64,000 bases of DNA from an uncultured Bacteroidales bacterium (GCA_905233585.1 CAJOFD010000010.1:3252-67251), one strand, 5' to 3'. Positions 36,587-46,582 are shown, counted from the stretch's first letter. The notes: generated from the sequence alone by a model not told the origin. Numbers and translations are program-made.

Positions 36587-37156
36587 ATGGATTTAAGTGA
36601 AGAGATTATTAAAACCAGTGAATATTTAAAACAAGGTGCTGTTATTTTGTATCCGACCGATACTATATGGGGATTGGGGTGCGATGCAACAAATGAAGCG
36701 GCCATTGCCCGTGTGTTTGATATCAAACAAAGGTCTTTGAATAGAAATTTTCTCATATTGTTGGACCAAGTGGAAAAGTTGTCTTTGTATATTGAACATA
36801 TTCCGCTAATTGCTTGGGATTTAATCGAAAACACCAACAGACCGACTACTTTCATTTATCAGAATGTGAAAAATTTGCCAAAATCATTACTTGCGGCAGA
36901 CGGATCTATTGCAATAAGAATGGTGAAAAATGAATTTTGTAAAAAATTGATAGGCTTGTTTGGAAAACCGATAGTATCGACATCTGCAAACATTTCGGGA
37001 CAACCGACACCAACCCGTTTTCAAGATATTAGCCAAGAAATAAAAAACAAAGTTGATTATACTGTCAATCAATGCTTTGGTATCGTTGAAGATGCCAAGC
37101 CATCTACTATTATCCGATTCATTGATGATTATAATTTTGAAATAGTTAGAGAATAA
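36587..37156 (+). CDS. tsaC: L-threonylcarbamoyladenylate synthase (YrdC/TsaC type)
   Basis: 189 aa. Motifs ILYPTDTIWGLGCDA, KQR, and STSANISGQP. Confidence 0.8.
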   Translation: MDLSEEIIKTSEYLKQGAVILYPTDTIWGLGCDATNEAAIARVFDIKQRSLNRNFLILLDQVEKLSLYIEHIPLIAWDLIENTNRPTTFIYQNVKNLPKSLLAADGSIAIRMVKNEFCKKLIGLFGKPIVSTSANISGQPTPTRFQDISQEIKNKVDYTVNQCFGIVEDAKPSTIIRFIDDYNFEIVRE

Positions 37157-37167
37157 AATGTCAAACA

Positions 37168-38157
37168 ATGATGGAAAAAATTATAGCAATTGCTCCTCAA
37201 AATATAATTGACATCAATGGTGTAAACAACGAAAATATTGAATTGCTTAGGCGAATTTTTCCCAAGATAAAAATAATTTCACGCGGGACGGAAATTCGTT
37301 TGGTGGGCAGTGAACAAGATACAGAAATGCCTTGTAGATTGATTGATGCGATGTTGCAATGGCATCAAAAACATGGTTGTTTGACAGAAAATGATATTTT
37401 GCGATTGCAGGAAAAAGGCGATGAATTTTTGGAAGTTGTCCAACAAGAAGAACAAAATGGAGATTTTATTCTCAAAGGCAGAGACGGACAAGCCATTAGA
37501 GCAAGAACTGTCAATCAATTGAAGATTGTGCAGAGTGTGAAGAAAAACGATATGGTTTTTGCTATTGGTCCAGCCGGAACAGGCAAAACCTACACTGCTG
37601 TTGCGTTGGCTGTCAAAGCATTGAGAAACAAGGAAATAAAACGAATTATATTAACTCGACCGGCAGTAGAAGCTGGTGAAAATTTAGGGTTTTTGCCGGG
37701 AGATTTGCAAGATAAACTTGACCCTTATTTGCAACCCCTTTACGACGCTTTGCGGGATATGATCCCTCCGCAAAAACTAACGTCTTATATAGAAGAAAAG
37801 GTCATAGAAATTGCACCTTTGGCCTTTATGAGAGGGCGTACCTTGGACAATGCCTATGTTATTTTAGATGAAGCCCAAAATGCGAGTTCCATGCAATTAA
37901 AGATGTTTCTCACCCGTATGGGTAATAATGCCAAATTTCTGATTACAGGCGATATAACACAAATAGATTTACCCAAACATCAAATATCGGGTTTGTTGCC
38001 TGCCACAAAATTATTGTCCAATATAGAGGGCATAGATGTCATTTTCTTGGACAAAAGCGATGTGGTGCGACATCGTATTGTTGCTGCAATCATTTCAGCA
38101 TACGAAACCTATGACAATAAAAATACGGATTTTTCGTTGAAAGAAAAAAGAGAATAA
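37168..38157 (+). CDS. phoH: PhoH-family ATPase
   Basis: Walker A GPAGTGKTYTAVALAV, Walker B ILDEAQN, and GDITQIDLP. Confidence 0.88.
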   Translation: MMEKIIAIAPQNIIDINGVNNENIELLRRIFPKIKIISRGTEIRLVGSEQDTEMPCRLIDAMLQWHQKHGCLTENDILRLQEKGDEFLEVVQQEEQNGDFILKGRDGQAIRARTVNQLKIVQSVKKNDMVFAIGPAGTGKTYTAVALAVKALRNKEIKRIILTRPAVEAGENLGFLPGDLQDKLDPYLQPLYDALRDMIPPQKLTSYIEEKVIEIAPLAFMRGRTLDNAYVILDEAQNASSMQLKMFLTRMGNNAKFLITGDITQIDLPKHQISGLLPATKLLSNIEGIDVIFLDKSDVVRHRIVAAIISAYETYDNKNTDFSLKEKRE

Positions 38158-39212
38158 TGAATTTGCAAAAACGCTTGTTGCTGATTGTATTTTGGGGATT
38201 AAGCACATTACTTTTTTCTCAAACAGGCGGAAAAACCGTTTTTAATTTCTTGGATATGCCTGTTTCTGCCAGAGTTTCAGCATTAGGAGGACGTTTGGTT
38301 TCCGTAAGGGAAAATACAGATTATTCTTTGCCAATCCTCAATCCTTCAATGTTGAATAAACAATTGAGTACAGGTCTTGCTTTTAATTGTGTAGATTATT
38401 TCTCTGATGCCGTTTATGGACATTTTAATTATATTCAGCATTTTAACAAGGCTGGTACTTTCAATTTTGCCTTTCAGTTTGCCACCTATGGCTCTTTTGT
38501 GGAAACAGATGAATGTGGAGAAACAATAGGTACATTCACTGCTGGCGATTATGGTCTTGTGGTGGGTTATGGCAGAGAATTGGTAGATAGTATGTTTTCT
38601 TTGGGAATGAATTTAAAACTTTTCCTTAGCGATTATGCTCATTATTTTTCATCGGGTATGGCTGTGGATTTTGCGGCTTCGTATTATTGCCTACCTAAAA
38701 ACATATCGTTAACGTTGTTGCTGAAAAATATTGGCACCCAATTTAATCCATACGATGCCAAACGTGAAAAATTACCTTTTGATATGCAGTTGGCGTTTTC
38801 ACACAGACTGAAACATTTGCCAGTGAGGTATAATATTATTTTACATCATTTATATACTTGGAAAATGACCTATGATGACCCCGATGACCCTTTTGTAATG
38901 ACAGATGCGGTAACAAACACTAAAATAAAACAAGGCAAGGGCAGACAGTTTTTTGATAATTTATTTAGACATTTTACCTTTGCTTTAGAGATATTGCCTG
39001 TAAAATATATTTCTATACAAGCCGCCTTTGATTACAATACAAGAAAAGAAATGCGTTCATACGATAGAAAAGGTATGGTGGGCTTTTCGTACGGCTTAGG
39101 CGTACACGTACGAAATATACATGTTTATTATGCTCGCTCGCATAACAATTTGGCTTCAACACCCAATCATTTTACTTTTTCAACGCAGATAAATAGTTTT
39201 TGGAAAAAATAA
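38157..39212 (+). CDS. porQ: Type IX secretion system outer-membrane protein PorQ
   Basis: N-terminus SQTGGKTVFNFLDMPVSARVSALGG is the characteristic PorQ opening. A beta-barrel-like alternating pattern follows. Confidence 0.75.
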   Translation: MNLQKRLLLIVFWGLSTLLFSQTGGKTVFNFLDMPVSARVSALGGRLVSVRENTDYSLPILNPSMLNKQLSTGLAFNCVDYFSDAVYGHFNYIQHFNKAGTFNFAFQFATYGSFVETDECGETIGTFTAGDYGLVVGYGRELVDSMFSLGMNLKLFLSDYAHYFSSGMAVDFAASYYCLPKNISLTLLLKNIGTQFNPYDAKREKLPFDMQLAFSHRLKHLPVRYNIILHHLYTWKMTYDDPDDPFVMTDAVTNTKIKQGKGRQFFDNLFRHFTFALEILPVKYISIQAAFDYNTRKEMRSYDRKGMVGFSYGLGVHVRNIHVYYARSHNNLASTPNHFTFSTQINSFWKK

Positions 39213-39231
39213 TATAAAATAAAGAAAAAAT

Positions 39232-39753
39232 ATGGATATGTTTTTGGAAATCATAAAAATTGCTTTGCCTGCATTGATTGTGGCTTGTACTGCATACATT
39301 GTATTAAAAATGAACATAGAAAAAGAACTCAAACAACAAGTATTGGAATTGAAAAATGAGGGCAAAAAGGTGATGAGTCCTATTCGGATACAGGCCTACG
39401 AACGATTGGCTCTGTTTTTGGAACGCACACGACCAGAAAATCTTATTTTGCGGACAAGTTCAACGAATTTAACAGCAAACCAATACAGAACCTTGCTTTT
39501 GACCAATATTCGCAATGAATTTGAACATAATCTTTCCCAACAGGTTTATGTGTCGGGGGCATTGTGGCAAATGACAAAAAAAGCCAAAGAAGATACCGTC
39601 AAACTTATCAATTTGGCTGGTGGACAAATGTCCTTAGAAGCGACTGCTACCGATTTGGCAACAAGAATATTAGAATTGTTGGTGGAACAAAATCCACAAC
39701 CTGCCGATGTGGCTTTGGATTTCTTGCGTAAAGAAATAACAGAATTGTATTAG
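39232..39753 (+). CDS. Hypothetical membrane-anchored protein
   Basis: 173 aa. One N-terminal TM helix (IIKIALPALIVACTAYIVL), then a helical soluble part. No motif recognised. Confidence 0.55.
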   Translation: MDMFLEIIKIALPALIVACTAYIVLKMNIEKELKQQVLELKNEGKKVMSPIRIQAYERLALFLERTRPENLILRTSSTNLTANQYRTLLLTNIRNEFEHNLSQQVYVSGALWQMTKKAKEDTVKLINLAGGQMSLEATATDLATRILELLVEQNPQPADVALDFLRKEITELY

Positions 39754-39766
39754 AATAAAAATAGAA

Positions 39767-39798
39767 AAGCCTGCTTGATAAAAGCAGGCTTCTTTTTT
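39767..39798. terminator. Bidirectional intrinsic terminator
   Basis: The sequence is AAGCCTGCTT-gataa-AAGCAGGCTT flanked by an A-run and a T-run. It lies between convergent genes. Confidence 0.7.
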
Positions 39799-39813
39799 CT
39801 TCCGTAATTCAGA

Positions 39814-39984
39814 TTATTCGGGTTGAATTGCTTCACAAGGGCAAACGTCTGCACAAGAACCACAACTTACGCATTCGTCTGGATTGATAGAATAAACATC
39901 ACCTTCTGAAATTGCACCTACAGGGCATTCGCCTTGGCAAGTTCCACATGCTGCACATACGTCAGGATTAATTTTATAAGCCAT
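39814..39984 (-). CDS. 2x[4Fe-4S] ferredoxin (56 aa)
   Basis: MAYKINPDVCAACGTCQGECPVGAI...CVSCGSCADVCPCEAI. I prefer the ATG at 39984 over the track's extended start at 40017. Confidence 0.88.
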   Translation of the reverse strand: MAYKINPDVCAACGTCQGECPVGAISEGDVYSINPDECVSCGSCADVCPCEAIQPE

Positions 39985-40014
39985 AATTGTATTTAATTTA
40001 AATATTAACTTATG

Positions 40015-40022
40015 CAAAAGTA
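40015..40022 (-). promoter_or_regulatory. -7 box TACTTTTG for the ferredoxin gene
   Basis: Reverse complement of caaaagta, 31 nt upstream of the ATG at 39984. Confidence 0.45.
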
Positions 40023-40364
40023 GTAAGTTTATTTGAATATTTGCCTATTTTTATTAAATTTATAATTATTCCAAAAAAATGAAAATAACCTTGATTTTAA
40101 TTTTTTAATATATTTAAAATTAGATACTTGTAATTTTATGTGTTTTGCCCGCTGTGACTTGTTTCTTGGCTCTTGTTTGGTTTTTTTGGATTGAATCCAA
40201 TATTTTGACGGGTATTTTGGCATTTTCTTGATGTAATATTTGATGAAATAAAAAAAATAATAAAAAAGTTACTTATTGTATTTTATGAAAATTTTGGGAT
40301 AGTTACGGAAAAAATTCTTGCTGAAAATTAGCAAGAAACAAACAACAAAAAAATGACAGCAAGC

Positions 40365-40512
40365 ATATATATACACGGATAACGCGATTTTGGGACAGAT
40401 ATTTCTGTTTCTTGAAATGGTGCTGTTTGTCTTTTTTTTCTGCCAAAATCCTGAAAAACAGACTGAAAAAATCTCCAAATAGTTTATTTATAAAAAGTTA
40501 TCCGTATATATT
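40365..40512. repeat. Imperfect inverted repeat (atatatacacggataac / gttatccgtatatat) about 113 nt apart
   Basis: A perfect 8-bp core cggataac (40376-40383) pairs with gttatccg (40497-40504), extended by an AT run with a 2-nt bulge. Confidence 0.35.
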
Positions 40513-40561
40513 TATAAACATACATTTTTAGAAAAAAATAATAATAAAAAAATATATCATC

Positions 40562-41433
40562 ATGAAAACTAAATTTTTAGTGATTGTATTATTGTTAATA
40601 TCCCAAATACTGCAAGCCCAACTTGTTATCAATGCCGGCGGCAACAAACACCGTTGTTCTGCCGATTCTGCTGTTCAATTGGGAAGCAATCCAACAGCAA
40701 CAGGGGGAGTTGAACCCTATGCTTATCAATGGTGTATGAATCCTATGGAATATGTTTCACAACATATTTTATATGCTTCTGCATTGCTTGATGATACATC
40801 AAAAGCCAATCCTATATTGAGATATGGAGGACAATTGGATTCGGTTACATTTTTTCTTAAAGTAACTGATGCGATTGGTACAGGACGTTTTGATACGGTT
40901 ACCTTAACCACCTCTTATTTCAATACCACCATGTCGGATTGCTACAAATACACCATTTCTCAAGGCGATTCGGTTTATCTGGATAAAGGTGCATATTGTG
41001 GGCGGTTGGGGGAATATTGTTTATTCTTGGACACCAGCAACAGGATTAAGCGATACAAGTTTAATCTCCGGTTTTTGGGTTAAATCCGAAGTCTCCAGCT
41101 CTTACACGGCGGACATAACCGATGAAAAAGGCTACCGTTTCACCGCCCAGACGCCCATCTATTGCATTACCGTTAATCCTTTGTATGTTACGACAAACAA
41201 CGAACTATCTTCTGTAAAAATCTACCCCAATCCTGCACAAAAAGAACTAAACATAGAAAGTGTATCGGAAAGTGAAAACATTGATATTTATGATATATAC
41301 GGTCGTGAAATGAAAAATTTGTTTTTTTGAAAACGGAAAACTGAATATCGCCGATTTGACAAAAGGGATTTATCTGTTAAAAATATCTTCCCGTCAATCT
41401 GCTGTATATTATTACCGTTTTGTGAAAATTTAA
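40562..41433 (+). pseudogene. T9SS-sorted secreted protein gene interrupted by two +1 frameshifts
   Basis: Three consecutive frames read as one protein. They give the signal peptide MKTKFLVIVLLLISQILQAQ..., then ...GGWGNIVYSWTPATGLSDTS...KIYPNPAQKELNIE...IYDIYGREMKNLFF(stop), then ENGKLNIADLTKGIYLLKISSRQSAVYYYRFVKI(stop). The breaks lie near 40985-41000 and at the T7 run 41322-41328. Confidence 0.75.
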
Positions 41434-41458
41434 TAACAAAGACAATACATAATCTTAT

Positions 41459-41488
41459 GGGCGGGAAAAACTTTCCGCCCTGTTTTTG
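41459..41488 (+). terminator. Intrinsic terminator after the T9SS pseudogene
   Basis: The sequence is GGGCGGGAAA-aac-TTTCCGCCC (one bulge) followed by tgtttttg. Confidence 0.6.
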
Positions 41489-41498
41489 TTATTTTTGG

Positions 41499-42026
41499 CT
41501 AAAAGGAATACAACAGCCAGCCGGCAAGGCCAGAGCCGAGAATGAGCCAAATAGGGTGTATTTTTTTTGAGGCAAATAGAACCACCAAAAAGATAACGGC
41601 ACTTTTGTAATCAATAAAGTTTTCTTTGTTTGTCAATTGCAGACAAACGGCGGCAATCAAACCGATAATGGCAGGTCGTAGTCCTAAGAAACAATATTCA
41701 ATATATTTGTTTTGATGAAATTTTCCGAAGAAATAGCAAATTATGAGCATGAGTATAATCGATGGCAATAGCATGGCAAAAGTGGCGACAAATGCCCCAA
41801 TGGCCGACCCTGTGGCAGTATAGCCCACATATGTGGCTGCATTTACACCGATAGGTCCCGGTGTAGTTTGAGAAATGGCAACAATATCGGTAAATTCTTT
41901 GGCCGAAAGCCAGCCGTTCACTTCTACAATATCGTGTTGTATAAGCGAAATAACCGCATAACCGCCTCCAAAGGCGAACAACCCGATTTTAAAAAAACAC
42001 AAAAACAAATCTATATAAATATCCAT
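41499..42026 (-). CDS. Chromate transporter family protein (short-chain CHR, half-size)
   Basis: 175 aa. FKIGLFAFGGGYAVISLIQ...PGPIGVNAATYVGY. Confidence 0.8.
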   Translation of the reverse strand: MDIYIDLFLCFFKIGLFAFGGGYAVISLIQHDIVEVNGWLSAKEFTDIVAISQTTPGPIGVNAATYVGYTATGSAIGAFVATFAMLLPSIILMLIICYFFGKFHQNKYIEYCFLGLRPAIIGLIAAVCLQLTNKENFIDYKSAVIFLVVLFASKKIHPIWLILGSGLAGWLLYSF

Positions 42027-42030
42027 GTTT

Positions 42031-42567
42031 TTAGCGTTTTTCTTGGCGAATGCCTATTAATAAACCTAAAAATGCAGCGACTAAAATAAGCCAAATGGGG
42101 GAGATGGGTAAGAAAAAGAGAATCAAAGTAACAGCAACGATAATGGTATAGTTCACCCATTTTTGAGGAATTTTTTTTATCATGCTCCATACACTGTAAA
42201 CCATCAAGGCGACTACGGCTGGGCGTATGCCTTGGAATATATGTTCAATATGTTGATTGCCTTTTAATTGCGAAAAGCTTATCGCTATTGCTAAAATGAC
42301 AATAAACGAAGGCAATACGCAACCCAGCAGGCAACACAATGCCCCCAAAATGCCTTTGCGGTGATATCCCACAAATATTGCCGTATTGACAGCCATAATG
42401 CCTGGCACACTTTGTGCCAAGGCCAACATATCTATAAATGTTTGGCTGTCTATCCATTTGTGTTTGTCAACCACTTCTTTTTCTATCAATGGAATCATTA
42501 CATAGCCTCCGCCAATGGTAAAAAAACCAATATGAAAAAATGTAATGAACAATTGCCAGAAAATCAT
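42031..42567 (-). CDS. Chromate transporter family protein (short-chain CHR, paired half)
   Basis: 178 aa. FHIGFFTIGGGYVMIPLIE...VPGIMAVNTAIFVGY. Adjacent to its paralogous half. Confidence 0.8.
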   Translation of the reverse strand: MIFWQLFITFFHIGFFTIGGGYVMIPLIEKEVVDKHKWIDSQTFIDMLALAQSVPGIMAVNTAIFVGYHRKGILGALCCLLGCVLPSFIVILAIAISFSQLKGNQHIEHIFQGIRPAVVALMVYSVWSMIKKIPQKWVNYTIIVAVTLILFFLPISPIWLILVAAFLGLLIGIRQEKR

Positions 42568-42606
42568 ATTGAAACCTTAAATACTTGATGTTGTCGGTAA
42601 TGGAGT

Positions 42607-42954
42607 TTATTTGTTGCCATTGGCTAAAAAATACATGCCTACCGAAAATGGAAAAATATAAACAGCCATATTCAAATCCAACCACACGCCATTGTAGTTT
42701 TGGTAAATGAAAAATAATGAAATGATGCTGATAATTAACCCTGAAATAACGGTAAGTCCAGCTTTGGAACGAAAGCCTCCAATAAATAGCAATAGTCCGA
42801 ACAATGAAAATAATATTATTGCCAATATGTTTAAAGACAAATGTTTAACGTCTATTTGTTTCAGGTCGTTGTAATAATGTACAACAATAAAAACAACAAT
42901 ACTTATTCGCATAAGCCAATTGGCAACGATAGTCAAAGATTTTAATGGTTTCAT
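42607..42954 (-). CDS. Hypothetical 4-TM membrane protein
   Basis: 115 aa, four hydrophobic segments. No motif recognised. Confidence 0.5.
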   Translation of the reverse strand: MKPLKSLTIVANWLMRISIVVFIVVHYYNDLKQIDVKHLSLNILAIILFSLFGLLLFIGGFRSKAGLTVISGLIISIISLFFIYQNYNGVWLDLNMAVYIFPFSVGMYFLANGNK

Positions 42955-42972
42955 GGTATTATTTGATTCGTT

Positions 42973-44535
42973 TTAGTTTTGTTTGGGAGGATAGTCTATG
43001 GAGTAGTGTAATCCTAAACTTTCTTTGCGTTTTTTGGCTTCTCTGATGATGAGATAAGCGGTGCATATCATATTTCTCAATTCGCAGATACGTTTTGTTA
43101 CCACTGAATGTTGGTACAAATTTTCTGTTTCACGATATAAAATATACATACGGTCAAATGCCCGTTGCAGCCTTTCGTCAGAGCGGACAATGCCCACATA
43201 GTAACTCATAATGGATTGCAGTTCGCGAATGCTTTGTGTTACCAATATCATTTCTTCATTGGAAACCGTTCCTTCTGCATTCCATTCTTTTATGCCGCGA
43301 TGAATTTCAATGTTTTTGATTCTTTCGGCTGCATGTTGGCAAGCCCGATGGGAAAAAACCAAAGATTCCAACAAGGAATTGGAAGCCAGTCTGTTAGCAC
43401 CATGTAGCCCTGTGGAGGAACATTCCCCCAAAGCATATAGATTGTCAATGCTTGTCTTTCCCCATTTGTCCACCCAAATACCTCCACACGAATAATGTGC
43501 GGCTGGAACAACGGGTATCATATCTTTAGTTGCATCAATACCCATAGACAGACATTTGCTGTAAATATTGGGAAAATGATTGAAAAACACCGATTTGTCT
43601 AAATGCCTTGCATCAAGAAAAACATAATGTTCTCCGCTTATTTTCATTTCATGGTCCACGGCACGGGCAACAATGTCTCGAGGTGCTAAGGAGCCACGAG
43701 CGTCATATTTTTCCATAAAACTATTGCCGTGCCAATCTTTCAGTACCGCTCCCGCACCGCGTAAAGCCTCGGTGATAAGAAAAGCAGGTCTTTCGTTAGG
43801 ATTGTAGAGTGTAGTCGGGTGAAATTGCACAAATTCCATACCTCTGACTCTTCCTTTGGCACGGTGTACCATGGCAATGCCGTCTCCTGTTGCCACAACG
43901 GGATTGGTGGTGTTACCATATACATTGCCTATACCGCCGGTGGCAACAATGGTCGTTTTGGCCAATATCGTTTCCACTTTGTTGGTATGGGGGTTGTGTA
44001 CGTATGCTCCATAACAACAAATATCGGTAGAATGTTTGGTAACCATCATGCCGAGATGGTGTTGGGTGATAAGTTCTACGGCAAAATAGTTTTCCAAAAT
44101 TTCAATATTGGGGTCATTTTTGGCTTGGTCATAGAGTTTTTGTTGTATTTCCAAGCCAGTGGCATCTTTATGATGCAAAACACGAAATTCGGAATGCCCG
44201 CCTTCTTTGGCTAAGTCGTATTTGCCTGAACCAGTTTTGTCAAAATCCACACCCCAAGCAATCAAATCTTTAACTCGTTCTGTCGATTCGGTAATCGTAA
44301 TGCGGACAATTTCAGGGTCGGACAAGTCGCAACCTGCAATCATGGTGTCTTGAATATGTTTTTCGTAACTGTCAGGGTCATACATAACGGCAGCTATACC
44401 GCCTTGTGCGTAACGGGTGGAGGTTTCTTGTGCTGCATCTTTAGATAATATGCATACTTTCCCAAAAGCACGGGCTTTTAAGGCAAAACTAAGCCCTGCA
44501 ATGCCTGAACCGATAACTAAAAAATCTACTTCCAT
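42973..44535 (-). CDS. nadB: L-aspartate oxidase
   Basis: FAD fold DFLVIGSGIAGLSFAL, then YAQGGIAA, RAKGRVRGMEFVQFHPT and GGIWVD. Confidence 0.92.
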   Translation of the reverse strand: MEVDFLVIGSGIAGLSFALKARAFGKVCILSKDAAQETSTRYAQGGIAAVMYDPDSYEKHIQDTMIAGCDLSDPEIVRITITESTERVKDLIAWGVDFDKTGSGKYDLAKEGGHSEFRVLHHKDATGLEIQQKLYDQAKNDPNIEILENYFAVELITQHHLGMMVTKHSTDICCYGAYVHNPHTNKVETILAKTTIVATGGIGNVYGNTTNPVVATGDGIAMVHRAKGRVRGMEFVQFHPTTLYNPNERPAFLITEALRGAGAVLKDWHGNSFMEKYDARGSLAPRDIVARAVDHEMKISGEHYVFLDARHLDKSVFFNHFPNIYSKCLSMGIDATKDMIPVVPAAHYSCGGIWVDKWGKTSIDNLYALGECSSTGLHGANRLASNSLLESLVFSHRACQHAAERIKNIEIHRGIKEWNAEGTVSNEEMILVTQSIRELQSIMSYYVGIVRSDERLQRAFDRMYILYRETENLYQHSVVTKRICELRNMICTAYLIIREAKKRKESLGLHYSIDYPPKQN

Positions 44536-44576
44536 AACACTTTTATTTGTTTTTTAAGAATGAAAAATAATGTTTG

Positions 44577-44584
44577 CAAAATTA
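44577..44584 (-). promoter_or_regulatory. -7 box TAATTTTG for nadB
   Basis: Reverse complement of caaaatta, 42 nt upstream of the ATG at 44535. Confidence 0.4.
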
Positions 44585-44663
44585 CAACTTTTTTAATTTT
44601 CATAGAAATATTGTTTTTTCGTTTTTTTAGAAAAAATATAATAGGTGATTTCATTAAAAAATA

Positions 44664-44671
44664 TATCTTTG
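44664..44671 (+). promoter_or_regulatory. -7 box TATCTTTG for the cinA / yigZ / rsmE unit
   Basis: Exact match 22 nt before the ATG at 44693. Confidence 0.5.
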
Positions 44672-44692
44672 CAAAACTAATATAGAATAATT

Positions 44693-45946
44693 ATGCAACA
44701 AGAAAATATACAAGCGGTAATTGTCAATATCGGTGATGAATTGTTGATGGGGCAGGTTGTCAATACCAATGCGGCTGTTATTGCTGAAACATTGAATAAA
44801 ATAGGGGTTTGTGTAAAAGAAATATTGACAATCGGAGACAATAAGGCGGAAATACTTACGCTTTTGGAACAATTGTGGTCGCAATACCATATTGTTTTCA
44901 TTACGGGAGGTTTGGGTACTACCAATGATGACATTACAAAATTGTGCATTTGTGAATTTTTTAACAGAAAGTTGGTGGAAAATAAGGCGATATTGAAGCA
45001 TATAGAATATTTGCGGAAGGCACGCGGCTTGGTGCTTTCCGACAGTGTACGTACGCAGGCTCTCTTGCCCGAAGGTTGTATCGCTATAGATAATATTCAT
45101 GGATTGGCTCCGGGGATGTGGATAGAAGAGCAGAATAAAATTTTGGTTTCCACACCGGGAGTGCCTTCTGAACTGACAGATATGTTAGATGACATTTGTC
45201 AAAGAATAAAGCAAAAATTTCAGCCATGGCACAAAATAGACAGGCATTTTAAACTGACGGGTATTTCTGAATCGGCATTATCGGACAAATTGCAGAATTT
45301 TGAACATCAGTTGCCAGATTATATCAAATTGGCTTATTTACCCAAGATGGGTATTGTCAATTTGCGCTTGTCGGGTTATCATGCCGATGGCAAATTGCTT
45401 GAGAATGAAATGAACAAGCAGGCTGACAAATTGAAAGAAGAAATCAAAGATTATGTTTTTGCTTTTGAAGATACTGATTTGGCTTTGTTGGTGGGCAATC
45501 TTTTACGGAAAAAAGGTTGTACGCTTGGCACTGCCGAAAGTTGTACAGGTGGTGAAATTGCCCATCAATTGACTTCTTTTGCAGGGGCTTCAGATTATTT
45601 TAAAGGATCCATTGTAGCTTATAGCAATGAAATAAAACACAATGTATTGCAGGTGGATAAACAAATATTGGAACAGGAAGGTGCTGTTAGTCAAGAAGTT
45701 GTTTGCCAAATGGCAAACAATATTTTGAAACTGCTTGATGTGGCTTATGCTATTGCCGTTTCAGGCATTGCCGGTCCCGGAGGTGGCACACCCCAAAAGC
45801 CTGTGGGAACGGTATGGATTGCTATTGCCGATAAAAATAGTTGTCAATCACAATGTTTCCATTTTGGTACAAAAAGACAAATGGTTGTTGAAAGAACAGC
45901 ACAAACAGCCTTGTGTATGCTCTATAAGCACATTTTAAAACAATAG
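44693..45946 (+). CDS. cinA: Competence/damage-inducible protein CinA (MoCF-binding plus PncC-type NMN amidohydrolase domains)
   Basis: VNIGDELLMGQVVNTNA...FITGGLGTTNDD. C-terminal TAESCTGGEIA...GIAGPGGGTPQKPVGTVWIA. Confidence 0.88.
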   Translation: MQQENIQAVIVNIGDELLMGQVVNTNAAVIAETLNKIGVCVKEILTIGDNKAEILTLLEQLWSQYHIVFITGGLGTTNDDITKLCICEFFNRKLVENKAILKHIEYLRKARGLVLSDSVRTQALLPEGCIAIDNIHGLAPGMWIEEQNKILVSTPGVPSELTDMLDDICQRIKQKFQPWHKIDRHFKLTGISESALSDKLQNFEHQLPDYIKLAYLPKMGIVNLRLSGYHADGKLLENEMNKQADKLKEEIKDYVFAFEDTDLALLVGNLLRKKGCTLGTAESCTGGEIAHQLTSFAGASDYFKGSIVAYSNEIKHNVLQVDKQILEQEGAVSQEVVCQMANNILKLLDVAYAIAVSGIAGPGGGTPQKPVGTVWIAIADKNSCQSQCFHFGTKRQMVVERTAQTALCMLYKHILKQ

Positions 45947-45947
45947 T

Positions 45948-46565
45948 ATGCCCGACGAAACTTATATCAGCATAAAATCCTTTGCCTCAGGGCAGTTCAA
46001 AGATAAGGGAAGCCGTTTTATCGGCTTGGTCTATCCAGTAAGAACAGAAGACGAGGTGAAGACTATTGTTGCGGATATTAAAAAGAAATATCACGATGCT
46101 ACACATCATTGTTTTGCCTTTATCGTTGGTTTTGACAATCAGCAAATTGCCCGTTGTAATGATGATGGCGAGCCTTCTTCTACCGCAGGTAAACCGATTC
46201 TGGGGCAAATTGTCTCTCATCAGTTGCAAAATATATTGCTTGTTGTGGTGAGATATTTTGGCGGAACAAAATTGGGAGTATCCGGACTGATAAATGCCTA
46301 TCGTGAATGTGCAAAAATTACGATTGACAAAGCTGAAAAGGTGGAAATGCAAAGAAAAATGTCTGCTGACATTACCTTTGATTATCAACATACAAATGCC
46401 GTGATGCAACTATTGAAAAATCTTGCTGCTGATATTAAAGAAAATAGTTGGGAAAATGATAGAATGAAAATATTTTTTTACATCAATAGGGGATTTACAG
46501 CAACCCTAACAGAACAAATACAATCCCTAAAAGATGTTGAAATTGTTTGGAAAGAAGAAGTGTAG
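45948..46565 (+). CDS. yigZ: YigZ / IMPACT-family protein
   Basis: KGSRFIG...ATHHCFAF...DDGEPSSTAGKPIL...VVVRYFGGTKLG. Confidence 0.8.
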   Translation: MPDETYISIKSFASGQFKDKGSRFIGLVYPVRTEDEVKTIVADIKKKYHDATHHCFAFIVGFDNQQIARCNDDGEPSSTAGKPILGQIVSHQLQNILLVVVRYFGGTKLGVSGLINAYRECAKITIDKAEKVEMQRKMSADITFDYQHTNAVMQLLKNLAADIKENSWENDRMKIFFYINRGFTATLTEQIQSLKDVEIVWKEEV

Positions 46566-46582
46566 AACAAAAATGAAGAAAG

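Noticed and set aside
40029-40478. Two minus-strand ORFs (64 and 69 aa) in the AT-rich spacer.
   Set aside because: They are Lys/Asn/Phe-rich translations of AT-rich DNA, with no promoter box and no motifs.
41499-42567. I considered whether the two half-size chromate transporter genes are a split pseudogene.
   Set aside because: Each half has its own start, an intact CHR domain motif and a clean 4-nt spacing. Paired short-chain CHR genes are a known arrangement.
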